From: Tubiluchus corallicola
Lineage: Eukaryota; Animalia; Priapulida
Length of the DNA stretch: 64,000 bases
Assembly (NCBI GenBank): GCA_030141605.1
Contig: JAQGDQ010000028.1
Coordinates: 496,001-560,000 of the forward strand
Direction of reading: 5' to 3'
Part shown: piece after piece, positions 13,401-26,860 of the stretch
Numbering within the stretch: the first letter of the stretch is position 1
Layout of the letters: each line of letters begins with the position of its first letter
Position numbers and translations under genes: made by a program
The notes under the pieces: generated by a model
What the model was told of the DNA's origin: nothing
Seen by the model: the letters and a program-made list of their open reading frames with translations, nothing else
Database searches by the model: none

Positions 13401-14672
13401 CAATGAACATCAGAGCACAGGATTGAAGAGTATGGTACTAATACATCAAGTAAAGCCACATGTGCTATATAATAATAACATTGGCTACATTACTCCAGTC
13501 CGGGGCATGTTTTGCAACATAATTTTGGTTTGAAGCGCTTAGGGCTAATGCACAATTGGTATATACGCGCCAGGAATCATGCTGTCTTCATCAAAAACTG
13601 CAATTAATGGCATGTGATCATGTGCAGTCAGGTCACAATTTATATTAATCACATTAATCAACTTGTTTGCTGCTTCGGTGCTTATAATGTGGCCCAACCA
13701 CGTACGTGTGTTGTGAGCTGCACTTACATAGGTAAAGGTTGTTGAGGGTCGTTGGTTAACATGCGAAATAAAATAATTATTAGCTGAACAATTACCAGCT
13801 AATTCTCAACTATCAACTTTGTTGGATGAGTTTTATAGTCTCCGATGCAGCAAACATAGCTTGACGTAGTTTCTTCAACATAAAGGTCAACAATTACCAA
13901 GACAAAGCCTAAAGTCATCTAAATTATCATTCGATTCACATTCAAAAAAACAAGAGGCAAAGTTTTCCAGGCAGTTTCGTAGAAAACCCTATTATTCTAT
14001 ATTCGTTTTCATACATTAGAACATTATGTTCACCTGGCAGTGATTTTCGCCAGAGAATAGCTAGACCTCCCTGGAGCGTCTACCATCAAGCAACGCTCTG
14101 GGCAAATCATTGGGCGAAACACCTCTGCCACCAAAAGATGAATGTATTTTAGACAAGTGACCACAGCCCCGCTTAGGCAACATAGTTTCTTGGGTCAGAA
14201 TTATATCAAACTCATTACATAGTTCATTTATGACAAATTTTGACACGAAACTAGTAAATGAGTTACAATTGTAACTTCAATTTTTAGATTTTTTAATACG
14301 CTGTCGCTATTCATGTCAAGACTTTCCATCACTCTAAACAGCAGAACTCATTGAGCCCCAGGAACGTTGATTTGCTGCCAGAAGCGGCAAACTCGCTTGC
14401 GTTGTATTTCCAGCATTAGATGATTGTACGGCATCAACCAAGGATTGCGACTGCTCGGTTGTCCTAGCTGTAGCGTTCTTGTCTTTGCCGGTAGATGCCG
14501 ATTTCGGGGGGAACATGACTTAACAAACAACCCTGCAGGCCATATACTTGGATTCATGATTCCTTCTTTCTCGTCGTTGCCAAAGCAGCTCGCGACAAAA
14601 GCTGTTCCTGGGATGAAACAATGCGAGTTCTGCCCTGGTGTTAAATGTTTTGGCTTGGAATTCTTCTACACA
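10476..14672 (-). mobile_element. Decayed non-LTR retrotransposon (LINE; RTE-X/CR1-group-like), with ~1 kb unrelated insert at ~12240-13200
   Basis: Minus-strand fragments in correct order: ORF1-like MNPSIWPAGLFVK (~14500), APE endonuclease DIILTQETML (~14200), GWND linker (~13270), RT N-terminal AGPDS..EHFK..NYRPVAL (11670-11915), NQFG..KLGT..ASKAFD (11437-11676), C-terminal YCRANQLIRKFSYCSVDVKRYLFNAYC (10618-10998), AATAAA-containing tail ~10480-10500. Many stops/frameshifts. Clade assignment is from motif recall only. Confidence 0.88.
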
Positions 14673-14831
<159 letters not shown>

Positions 14832-15811
14832 TCAGAATCGTAAGTCAGTAAATGCTAGGGAAAAGAAAAGATGACAATGAAAATGTTTATTAAATGTCGT
14901 GAAGTGAGGTCACTATGGTCAGAGCGTATTCTTAATGACTAAAGTTTCGACATGCGTGAAGTCAGGATGAGTTACCGTCGAAATGGATAAGTTACCGTTA
15001 GAAAATCGGTTTCTTCTAGGCAATAAATCCGGCCGTAATCCTGTTTGTTACATCATTGAAGAAGAATGTACTCGCATTGGAAAGTAACTGAATCAGTTTT
15101 TGCATGATTTAATAATAACTAGAGAAAAAATTATTCTTTATAGTGAATTGAATCTGTTCTCGCCACAACTATAAATGTTAATTAGGCCCTTTGTTAAGCA
15201 TCGAATTCCGGCTGATAAACGCTCTGAACGGTATTTAAAAACGCTTATTAACGTGGGCTTTTATTAAATATTAAATAAATATTTTTTAAATATTTTTAAT
15301 AAATTATTATTAGCATGGACTTTTATTTACACATAAAACTTGCTTATATAATGTGACTTATTCTTTGCTACACATTTTACTGCGGTTAATATTTTAGTTA
15401 ATTTAAATTTACTCGTTTCCTTGGTAAAAGGGCTGGACTTAAATTGTTAATAGCCGTATCAAATAGCAAATGGGTTGTTGAAAGTCTAGCACCTCGCTAA
15501 CAATAATCATCTCTTGAATGAGTTCACATAAAGCTGGCCCACGCCCAATAAAGGGACTTATCTCCCCCACGCTGACGCTTATTGTGCTGCTCTCTCCTCA
15601 TTTGTGAAGGTGTGAGCACTTTCTCCACCCTTCTCTGCTGTAAATTTACAAATCTGTTAATTAAGACAGACAGGTTAATTGTTCTCTCCTAGGAGTCTGG
15701 GATACCTTAGTACCCCCTCGCCAAACAGAGATGGTTCGACAGGAAATCAGAATAGTGGTAAACTTCTGAAAGAGAGGCACGGGTCTTCCTTACAAAATCA
15801 TTTCCCGAGAT

Positions 15812-15885
15812 GCATAGCCGAGTGGTTGCTTACCGACCAAAGTTAGGCAACACCGAGCTTGATCAGTAAATGGATGAATGAGCTT
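15812..15885 (+). mobile_element. 5S-like/A-box-containing SINE-like fragment
   Basis: TAGCCGAGTGGTT followed by AAAGTTAGGCAACACCGAGCTTGATCAGTAAATGGATGAATGAGC (5S ICR-like); related sequence at 21965-22040. Confidence 0.4.
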
Positions 15886-15926
15886 TGTACTAAATATTCA
15901 TTCTGGGCGGTTATCTGGCACACTTG

Positions 15927-16052
15927 CGTCATCATCATCATCGTCGTCGTCGTAGTCATCAATAATAACAACATCATCATTATCACCGTCGTTACCATCA
16001 TCACCATCGTCGTCATCGTCACCATCATCGTCTTCAATTCTTCATCATCATT
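15927..16052. repeat. Imperfect (CAT/CGT)n trinucleotide repeat
   Basis: Direct observation. Confidence 0.85.
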
Positions 16053-16782
16053 ATTAGAGCATTTTAAAGAGACATTTTGACAAGAGAGAGCTTATCCAAA
16101 AGCAGTTTTTTGTGCTCTAGAACAACTTATTTTGCTTGAAACAAATAAGTATTCGCGTGTATTTATAGACCTAGAATCGTTACTTAAAAGATAATTTAAA
16201 ACTTTTTTTGCAGGTCAAAAAAGTATTCTCTGGGTTTTTCTGTATTTCATGCCATTTTGGGGGCATCCGAAACACTTTTACTACAATTTTTTACATGCTT
16301 CAACTTTTGTTTTTTTTGAACTTGTAATTATAAATATCAAATTTCAGTCGGAACAATTTAGACCATTCTAATTATAGTTTGGTGCGCGCATCGTCTGAAA
16401 TTATATAATTTGATTCAATTCGCCTTAGTTGCTACTTAATAATGCATGCTTTGAGATTAAATTTTTTGTCTCATGATAATTTATTCTTATACAAAGGGGG
16501 CAATGTCAATTTTCGCAATTGGTGATATACATGAATATAAAAACTAATACATTACAAAATGCAGACCTTGGATGGGGTAAGGGGAGGGCCTGCAGGTAGT
16601 ATAAGAGCGACTTGTAGAAGTATACCAACCCAATTTCTATATATAAATATATTTTAAAGGCATTTATATCTTTTAAATTAAGATACAAGTCGAAAATACA
16701 ATTTATTAAAAAAAACGAGACAAAATTACTTTAAAAATATTAACGGTTCGTTAACATTACATAAGACTTATATGAAACGCGT

Positions 16783-16935
16783 AGGCTAAAGTTTGCAATT
16801 CCCACACACAAGAAATTAGTTTTAGAAGCGGATTAGGGTTAGAGTTGCGGTTGGGGTAGGGTTGGTTTAGGGTTAAGGTTAGGGTTAGTGACAAGGAAGG
16901 CAGCCACTTTGGAGTCCTTTCCCACTTTAGAGTCC
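16783..16935 (-). mobile_element. Interspersed element with degenerate (TTAGGG)n core; sister copy at 21534-21641 in opposite orientation
   Basis: Revcomp CTAACCCTAATCCGCTTCTAAAACTAATTTCTTGTGTGTGGGAATTGCAAACTTTAGCC matches 21586-21641 CTAACCCTAATCCGCTTCACGAACTAATTTCTTGTGTAGAGTTGTAAACTTTAGCC; short CCACTTT.GAGTCCT sub-repeats at 16904-16935. Confidence 0.75.
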
Positions 16936-17229
16936 TCCCCACGAGTCCTTCCCCGTGCTAAGACATTAGCAATTATAAATTTTTTAACTGCAGGTTAATT
17001 AAAACAAATTATTGATAAAGATGGTTTAAAATTTTGTAGGCCTTTCGAAAGGTAATTTCGAAAATTTGAAGGTAAAACTTTCTCAGCCAACACTGACTTG
17101 TTATAATGGTTGTAGATAACATCGTTACTGCGCTGTGTCTCACACTCAGGCGGGTAGAGGAGCTAGGGTGTTGCTGCTCCTCCCTTCGCACCTGCGAGAC
17201 GGCATTTACCTGTTAAAACAGAACTGAGT

Positions 17230-17409
17230 AAGGGTGGCTGCTCATTCAAAGACGCTGAGTCTCCTCATCCATCTTATCTATCTATAATGATAGATACTCG
17301 CATATGCAGCGTTTGAATTCTTAGATATAGTTACATGACATTGATAAAAGGAAGGAAAGTTATAGTATTATGGCTACACATGCCTAAAGAAGACACGTAT
17401 ACTGGAGAC
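17230..17409 (+). other. Candidate non-coding first exon of the Vsx-like gene
   Basis: Strong donor GAC|GTGAGT at 17410, downstream of a GC-richer promoter-like patch (17080-17240); first coding exon has an acceptor at 19514 before its ATG. Start coordinate approximate. Confidence 0.35.
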
Positions 17410-18493
17410 GTGAGTACATAAGTTAATTTTATTTCATTTGTATTTTAAATTAGTCAGTAAAATATTTGAACTGTAATTTAATTTAAACGTATATAAATGT
17501 AGTCGAATAAGCGTATACATGTCAATGTAACGGATATCCTGTAAGATAGTGAAGTACCTTGCCTCATAATTTACGTAGAAAGTTTTTTATTTTTAACATT
17601 AGGTAAAAGTTATCAAAAATAATTAAATTAAACAGGAATTAATGAAAAGGATAAAGTTCAGTTCTAAAGTAATTGCAAATATTTTCAAAGCTGCAAAACA
17701 AACCTGCAAGCATTCTGTCTGTGCCTAATCGCATAAATTCTATGTACATGTACAAAAATATGAACATACAAATTTATAGTTAAAAATGAGTTTAAATAAA
17801 TAAATAAATAGTAAATTTCTATGTACATGTGCAAAATTAATGTGTCTCGAGGCAGCAGTTCAGGGCAAACGAATTGTAAAGTTTCAAGGCAAAAGCTGGT
17901 TATTTCCAGGGCGAAATAATTCTGTTTTAAACTTCCAAAACTTACAATTTCAATATTCTAAAATGTCTTACCGCTTACGTAGTGCACTACCTCTGCTTTT
18001 ACACACTGCAATCAAAGTGTTTCTTGTATGGCGTGCTTTTTTAACTTTTAATAAATTTAAAGTTTTGCAGTTATTCTATTTCATAATACATTTAATGTAT
18101 AAACGATTAGCTATCCTTGAAATATTAAGAAGCATTAATTGAAATGCTTTAATTGCATTGTTTTCGTAATATTTATTTATAATTTTGATAGTTTATTTGA
18201 GTTTTAACAACAACACAATTATACAGCAATCATTTATTTAAACATAACATATAGATACAAGATATTATTAACTATTGTAACAGAGGCACGAAGCCGTCAG
18301 GCCATACAGCAGTCTTCAAGAATTGCAAAAACACAATCAAAAAGGTTATTTAGAATTTATAAATTTCAGCTTCAATGACTTGCTGATTATTCTATTACCA
18401 CTTCTAGTACAAGATCTAATATTTAATAATTTTCGGGTTTTTTTCACTTGAAAATACATTATGAAATTTGTAGTATATAGTCGTTGTCCCTAC

Positions 18494-18722
<229 letters not shown>

Positions 18723-19157
18723 GTTACAGTTTGTTTTCATCTAATGGTCTAGTATTACGTTGTCATTTAGAGAGAATTACTAGTCTACTAAAATAATTTT
18801 GTTGGTTGCCACACAAGTGTACCAACCTTGTAATTGTTATCGTATTTCAACAAGGTTTTAATGAACACTGTTTTTGCCTCACAAAGTGAATGTAGACGTT
18901 TATTACTGATAATTAAACCTACATCATTTACTGCAGATATTGCAAAGTGCAGTGAAGCAGCAAAGCATCTCTTCTCTTTTCAACAAGCATCTTGTGGTTC
19001 TAATTTTTATTCTAATTCAGCTAATAAAATTTCCATCTCTTCGCCTTTAGCAATGACAAAATGTCAGCGTTTTGTTGTCACAGTCTAAAACACTATTTTC
19101 AGCAAATACAATCGAATCTTATTAATAATAATAATTATTATTATCTTATTCTTCTTC

Positions 19158-19395
19158 TCGCATTTTCTTATCGATCATTGCAGTTTCTGTGAAACTTGAA
19201 CAATTACTTAAAATTTAAGTTTTTATTTCATATTAGTTACGGTATGAAATAACGTACCTAATTTGTTTCATACCCGTAGCTAAGGAAATATGGTTATATC
19301 ATACGGTTACGGTTTTTATTTCATAATTAAGAAAGATTAAATTTAAGCTATTGTCGAAGTTGCACAGAAACTGCAATGATCGATAAGAAATGAGC

Positions 19396-19397
<2 letters not shown>
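19158..19397. mobile_element. ~240-bp MITE with ~55-bp terminal inverted repeats, followed by (TA)n
   Basis: TTTCTTATCGATCATTGCAGTTTCTGTGAAACTT... at ~19164 pairs with ...AAGTTGCACAGAAACTGCAATGATCGATAAGAAA ending 19390; (TA)n at ~19398-19430. Confidence 0.8.
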
Positions 19398-19433
<36 letters not shown>

Positions 19434-19566
19434 GTTTGTTGCTTATATAAAATATAGAACTATAGAAAAGTTCGTGTTCCTAAATATCCTTGAATAATTT
19501 TCCTTTTATTTCAGAAAAGGAACTTACTACTAAACACAAACTCGTTAAATAGTTGACAGTTAAATA

Positions 19567-22264
19567 ATGATTATTTCGGACCAACTGAGCCCAGTAGGTA
19601 AAACTATAACCCAAGAACTTTTTAGAATGGACCATAGACCAGTGTTGCTAAACGGAAACGGACACTATCGTTCCACAATTCCGCTTCTGTCTTCAGCATT
19701 CGGCACGTTCTCAAACTTGACTTTTGATACTAGAAACATAAGCAGACATCAAATACAGGACAAGGAGGTGTCCATGGGCTTACGCACGCCATCTTTCTAC
19801 CCATCACCTTTCAACTTATCATCAAGTTCGTTTGGCATTTCAACCGGAAATGTTGCAGGAAGTGCTTCAAACGACTTGAAGCCCACCGAAACTCATTATA
19901 AAGCCGACATTTGTAACACAGCCAGTGAAAAAATAGCATTAAATTCACAATCGCTGTCGATATCATCAGCAACGCAATCGGGGAGTACGAGTTTTAGAAC
20001 CGGAAAGCAGATGAAGTCACATCAAAATTGCGAAGGGACATCATTCAATTTTCGAAATAATGCTGATACCGATTTTATTCCTCTGCACACAGTCACAGGT
20101 AAAGATTTTAATTTTTGTTTTTTGTACTTAGTTAATCTAGTTTAGAACAATCTAAAAATACATGTACTGCATCTGTGAAATTCTGACAGCAAGCATTTTT
20201 CCGTAACTATTCTTTTCTAAACAGTGTTCCATGCGACTTTGACAGTTTCTGAGTCGCTGCTTTTCACTGACCATACTTCTGAAGCATAAAAGGTAGACTG
20301 TAAGTGTTCCTTAAGAACATTTTTTGTATTTAACAACGTTAAAATTTTCAAATTTTGCATTTTTTATTTATTAGTTTATTTATTAATATATTCACTTATT
20401 CATTAATGATTTACTTAGTTGTTTATTTATTTACAAATTTTAAATTTTTTTACAGAAAAGTTTGGAAAGTTTCGCAAGAATAAAAGCGGAGACCCGTTTT
20501 CATCACGACGTAACAGGTAGGGAGACTTTTTAATGCTATCTTACATATAGTACATAGAGAACATGTAGCAAGATTATATATTATAGTATCCTATCAAGAC
20601 TTTTATTACTTATATCAATTTCTATAGATGTGATTTTAATAAATTTTTAACTTGCCCTACTGTAACATAACATCGTTTTTCAGGCGGCATGGGTGAAATG
20701 ACTAGGAATTTTGCTAGAAAAGAAGTGACTAGAATAGACCACTGACCGTTGATTAATCACAACAAGATAATAATTCTTATATTTGCAGCATTTTGAACAC
20801 TTTTTACAACGAATCTTTTATTGTAATTCTTTTTCCAAACTTAAGAAAGTGTCCATCGTCACTCGTCCAATTATGGTCAGAGTTGACAACGCTAAACTAG
20901 GAGCTGTTTTTGAGCTGTCCCACTGATAAGCAACGACAAGATGTCTGAGTGACTGAACAAACGAATGATGAATCAAGTGTATGAATGAACAATTGATTGC
21001 ATGTTAGGTCTAATTTTTAAACTAAAAGGTTCGTTCACTTTTTTTCAGAGTGTCACGTTCGCTAGCACAAATGTTCATGACGAAACTTTTGATTTTTAGG
21101 ACTGTTTTCGACAGAGATCAACTAGCTGTGTTAGAAAAAGCATTCAGTGAATCGCATTATCCCGGAGTTCATGCTAGACAAGTCTTATCACGACAAACAA
21201 ACATTTCAGTTGACAGAATCCAGGTATCAAGCATAACTAATACAAATATAGTGACTGTTTTTATTTTTCAGAAGGATTAGTGTATTTACCTTCATTATTG
21301 CTTTTGTGTTTTGACTTAGGTAATAATTAAATGACATGTTTAATTCATTTAAACACTGTTAGATTGGCTTGATGATTGGTGGGTCAGTCGATTGAGGAAT
21401 TGATTAATGATTGATTTATGTCCTTTGATCAGCAATCGAATTAATTAATGATCGTTGTAAACTGGGATACTGTAAATAAAAACATGGGTATTTTGAAGCG
21501 TTTACAATTCCCCATGCAATTTAAATACCTTGACCCTAACGCTAACTCAAGCCCTCACCTTAACTCCAACCCTTTACTGCTAACCCTAACCCTAATCCGC
21601 TTCACGAACTAATTTCTTGTGTAGAGTTGTAAACTTTAGCCAAAACATGTTGGCTCCTAAAACCTGGCTCTTTCACAGAATAATCTGTTTGTTATGTCAG
21701 GTGTGGTTCCAGAACAAACGTGCAAAGTGGCGGAAGACGGAAAAGACTTGGGGTAAAAGTACGGTAATGGCGGAATATGGACTGTATGGTGCCATGGTGC
21801 GCCACTCGCTCCCTCTACCAGAAACTGTACTAAATCAACACAAGTCAGATTGTTACGAAGAAGAAAAGGAATCTGCTGCTCCTTGGTTATTAGGTAAAAT
21901 TTAATAACATACTTCAGAATATTTACTGGGATAGCCAGGTTTAATTTTTTAATATTTTTGCAAGGGTAGCCTAGGGGTTAACTTGATTAAAATCACTGCA
22001 ACACCGAAACTGATCAAGCAATGGATAGGTGACCACTGAGTTCAATATTGCTAATGTTCTTAGTTTGAAGGAGAATATTCACGCCAAACGTGACTAATAA
22101 TTCTTGCAGCATTTTGAACACTTTTTACAACGAATCTTTTATTGTAATCACGTGTATTTGAAGGTTTCGGTAATATATTTAAGTTGTTTAATAGCGTAAT
22201 TGTAATTTCAGGAATGCATCGCAAAACAATGAATAAGGCGACGCCAAGCGATGAAATACGGTGA
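19567..22264 (+). CDS. Vsx: Visual system homeobox (Vsx/Chx10-like) paired-class Q50 homeodomain + CVC domain protein, divergent, ~320 aa
   Basis: Exons 19567-20098, 20456-20516, 21100-21223, 21701-21893, 22212-22264 (phases 1,2,0,1; 963 nt incl. stop). Homeodomain [46 protein letters not shown]|[14 protein letters not shown] followed by diagnostic [33 protein letters not shown]...APWLLG|MHRK. Confidence 0.92.
20783..20827 (+). repeat. 45-bp perfect direct repeat, copy 1 (copy 2 at 22104-22148)
   Basis: TTGCAGCATTTTGAACACTTTTTACAACGAATCTTTTATTGTAAT identical at both positions. Confidence 0.9.
21534..21641 (+). mobile_element. Interspersed element with degenerate (CCCTAA)n core inside the homeobox-splitting intron
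   Basis: Homologous to 16783-16890 in inverted orientation. Confidence 0.75.
21965..22148 (+). repeat. 5S-like SINE fragment (21965-22040) plus copy 2 of the 45-bp direct repeat (22104-22148)
   Basis: TAGCCTAGGGGTTAA...GCAACACCGAAACTGATCAAGCAATGGATAGGTGACCAC resembles 15812-15885 and the 5S ICR; identical 45-mer follows. Confidence 0.55.
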
Positions 22265-22782
22265 CATAATGGACTAGCGTTGTTCGCTTTTATATAAAAA
22301 TAGTGTGATTTTAATGAACCATACTAGTTGAAGAGGCCGAACGACAATAACAAACGTTACTGGTAGTGAAAGACGTAAAGGCCTGATGATAGTCTATTGG
22401 TTTTGTGTTTGCTTAGAGACCATCGTTAAAATAACGCAAGTTCGGGCAGCAGATAGATCGGTAACCATCGGGTTCAATGTTACTTATTCTGAGCGATTTC
22501 ATCCGTCATTCTCTATGGGTATAATAAAACACCTCGTTGAAAGAAGCGTCGATTTGGCTGAGACACCTTTATTAGTTCAGTGCTTCATCTTTACTGAGAC
22601 ACACATACATAATGCAGAAGCTTTTGAAACCAGTGGAATATAGGCATATAGTACGAATTCTACTTGATGTTATACGCCTAGAGCAGACGTGAGTAACGTA
22701 AGAGGTCTATTTTTATGTCATATTATTAGCGGCGTAAATTGTAACTTTTTATAGTAAAAATGTCTTGTGTTTATGTCATTGA

Positions 22783-22973
22783 AGTGGCGTTTACCAAACG
22801 TCCGGGATGCGTATGGGTTTTGGGTGTAGATGAAAATTAGTGTATATTGTTTTCAATGCGCTCGTTTATCAGACCTGCGTTCAGCGTTATTTTTTCTGCA
22901 ACTATTTCTTAAAGCAGCTATTCACGCAGACGGATAACGCGTAACGCATTCCGGATACCAGGTAAACCCCGCT
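22783..22973. mobile_element. Tourist/PIF-Harbinger-like MITE, copy 1 (degenerate), in probable Vsx 3' UTR
   Basis: TIR AGTGGCGTTTAC...GTAAACCCCGCT; interior aligns in reverse orientation with 34545-34725. Confidence 0.7.
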
Positions 22974-24282
22974 TTAGAACAACTGTATTATTAATGTTTT
23001 ACATCCACTCTGAGAAGAAAACGTTGACTCCTGTGGTTGACAGAAGAAAGTTATTAAAAGATCGTTCTAAAACACGACCCACGGCTTGGCTGAGGTATAA
23101 ACTTTTTCATGTCAATAGCATGTGTTAGTGCTGCTTTCTAAGTGGAAGAAAGCCAATTAATAACTTACCCACATTTAATTGTTACTTTATGCAATGAAAT
23201 AAAATGTTAAGTTTCATTAATAAAATACATTTTGTTATGTGTATATATAATTCTTTGTTAAATTTAGTTGTTCCTCGCGTCTTTGAGGCTTTTGATTTAC
23301 CAATTCATCCGCAACGTTTTTGGAAATTTCTTTTATTACAATCAGCAGTGTAAATTACCTTTTGACGCATGTTTATGTTCTGTAATAAAATTATTGTTTT
23401 CGTAAACTTACGCTGTTTAGATTAACTCATTTGTTCGTCGCGTCCATATTATTTTAATTCATTCAAATTGGTTACCAATGATACATTCACGAATCAGAAT
23501 CTGATGCCAACTCTATATTAGTTTTCTATAATGGTCAATCACTGACAATCAGGCATAGGTCATTGATCTATTTAGGCGACTTGGTCCATTCAAAAATTTT
23601 CAGGCCCAATAGAATGAGCTGCAGCTATAAAACTTCAGGGAGCTATCATTAGTATATCGGGCTAGGCATCTTCTAACTGTTGTTGTTATTATCATTTTGG
23701 CAAATTTAAATGAGTTGTCGAACACTGAAACAATTTTGCTTTTTAAGTACGGAAAGCCCTAAGGTCTGCTTTCAAGAACAAGAAACTTCTCTAATGTACT
23801 TTGCAAAACTAGCTAAATCAAACATTTTGAATTTTCTTTCAATGCAGTTTCAACGTTCGATTACATTTTGTATGGTGTAGAATATTAGTGTTGCAAAATT
23901 CTCCAGTAGAGGGCGTTACAGTTGTAAAAGCGTAGAAGCGAAGTGGTCAGACCATATAAAAGCGGTCGAGGCGAAAGAACCTGGTGTTAAAATTATTATC
24001 AGCTAACTGACTTTCGGTATTGGTAATTGCCAATTAATTTTAGTCTTAGTTATTTACTTCTAGTTACAATAACCAAAGTTACGAAAATTAAAAAAACGCC
24101 ATGTAGCGTAACTGCGGTGCTAGAAAATTGGTTTAAAGAAATTAAGAAAGATAAAAAATAATAGGAAAATGTTATTATTAATGTTATAAAACCAGTGATG
24201 TAATAATATTTTATCTATGGTATTATACATTTCTGGTGAATTTTATTTGTTGTTTTTATTATATTATGTTATATTATGTTAC

Positions 24283-24540
24283 ATCATGTCATATCATGTC
24301 ATGTCATATCATGTCATGTCATATCATATCATATCATATCATATCATATCATATCATATCATATCATATCATATCATATCATATCATATCATATCATATC
24401 ATATCATATCATATCATATCATATCATATCATATCATATCATATCATATCATATCATATCATATCATATCATATCATATCATATCATATCATATCATATC
24501 ATATCATATCATATCATATCATATCATATCATATCATATT
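24283..24540. repeat. (ATATC)n pentanucleotide microsatellite
   Basis: Direct observation; source of the ISYHI spurious ORFs. Confidence 0.97.
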
Positions 24541-26149
24541 ATATTATTTATTTAGGCACAAAAGTACAATAAAGAAAAAGTAAAAAAGCACATAAAGAAC
24601 ATGAAAAAGCGTATGAACAATATTAGACCTTCACTAGTGTGTCAGCAGCAGAGAACTTAATCCCCAAACAAGAAGCTGCCAGCTGACCCATACTAGAGAA
24701 GTGATCAGGAGAATTAATGAATATAAATAATCATTAAAACCAGATTAAACAGAACAGTATTTTTTTCTTTATTGTGATGACTGACCAGATGACCTTTTTA
24801 TAAGCTCGTTGTCCTCATTTTACTGTTGCTATTCTCTATTATCTATCTGCACATAGATTTAATTCGAGTCAGTTTAATCAAATGTTATTGACACTAGCTG
24901 TGAAATTCCCTTTTTAAACTATATACTTATTTCACAAGAGTAATATCAAAAAATCGCTGTTATAAAACGAAAAATTCTTATAATAATAAATTACATTCGG
25001 TTACAACGATAGCCTTATTGACGGGTAAGTTCTATAAACTGGTCTATTTGCAGCCTAAATATTACAGCATTACAGCTATCAATTAGTCGTGCGTTTTCAC
25101 AGACGTTATAACCACATGCCTCTTCTTTTGATTTCATCATTCATTATCATCATGATTTGTAAATTCCCCTCTGCCCTCGCGTTTTTAAAGCTTTTGATAA
25201 AGTTTGCTACAAATTTTAAACTTAGCTACAAGCTTTAGATTTGTGAATGGATTAAATTGGTAACTCAAGCATAATTTTGGTTAACAGGATGTCAAATGTG
25301 AAATGTCCAGGAATACTGTGAGTCTGTGACTGGATGACCATAGATTTGAATGCCGCGCAGATTAAATCACTCTGCTAAATGAGAGTATCTTGTTACTAAT
25401 GATGACACAGAAACCACTATTCAGTAGACCACACTGTCACAGTAAATGTGATGATAGTAACACATATTTTAGTTACTAATTATCAGGGTAATTGAAGGTC
25501 TGAGTTACAATATGTCAGATTTCTAATATCTTCCTGAAGTTACCAAGTGCGGGAGGCGCCAAGTATCAGTTATCAAGTGCCCACAGTCACACCAGTCAGT
25601 ATCCAGTTGAGATGTGACTGAGTTACCAACTATGCAGTTGTGAGGTGTCCAATCAAGTGTATGCGCTACAAAAGTCTGTTTACAATACCTTACAAATAAC
25701 GACCTACAATTAAATAATTATTTTGATAATATTGCTAATATTCGTGATGACAAATGATTAAATGTGGGAGGAACAAATCGTGAAGTTAATGCATTAACTG
25801 GAAACATCATGATGAATCCACGAAATTTTTTTGACGATCATAGATCCATATACTAACCAGGTTAACGTTGCTTGCCTTTGGTCGTTAAGGACACTGCTTG
25901 CCCACTATCCACTTAATTGTTCACGTCCTCCCATAATATTTATAAAGGCTATAAACACGAAGCGTATTGAAAAGGTTAAACTGGGGAACTTGTGCCGTTT
26001 TCAGGGCGTGAACGCAGAATGGCGAATTTAGATTTTTGATTGCTTAGTATAGTTCCTATCACCAAGTAATATAGTTCTTTTGGGACTTAGTGATATGTCG
26101 ATATCACAGTAATGGTATATAACATCATATGCGTGCTTGTAATGTTTTT

Positions 26150-26860
26150 ATATACACAAATACATATTTTATGCCAACTAACTTTTATAATATCACTCCT
26201 GGGGATGTGTACAAGTTTGGCAACAAAATCTCTGTCATCAAACGAGAAAGATATTTAGGATATATAATTGTCTGATGATGATTTTGATATTAATAATCAG
26301 CTAAGATTTTTTTATGCAAGAGCAAATTATTTAATGAGAACTTTTTCTATATGTTCATTTTTTGTGAAACAAACTTTGTTTCGTTCTTACTGTGCGACTT
26401 TTTATGGGTTGCCTCTTTGGATCAGTTACAATCAGCATACCTTTCGCAAACTACAATCAGCTTATTATTTTAATTTGAGGAAAATTGTCAATATGGTGCT
26501 TCAGGCTCATTTACACGCTGTAGTAATTTTGTATCTCATTTTAAAGTGATTTTAAGAAAGTGCGTATATAGTCTTAGACAGTGTCTTTTTTCATGCTATA
26601 ATGCGATGCTACTGGATTTGATGCACATCGCAAATACTTGTATGTTGTCTGAGTTTATGACGTATTGGCACAGGATGTTGCATGGGTTTCACTCAATATG
26701 AGTATTCTAAACTAACACTTTAATATATATTATGTTTGTAATAATTTGTAATTGTTTTTGTATTTCACTTTTAATGTCTCGTCACTGTACTTTTGTATTG
26801 CACTTTGTAAAATTTAAATGATCCTTGTTGACTGAATAAATAGGCCTAATAAATAAATAA
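26150..26860 (+). mobile_element. 5'-truncated LINE 3' fragment, same group as 10476-14672
   Basis: DDDFDINNQLRFFYARANYLMRTFSICSFFVKQTLFRSYCATFYGLPLW, homologous to the C-terminal ORF2 motif at 10618-10998; ends in AATAAA/(TAAA)n. Confidence 0.8.
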
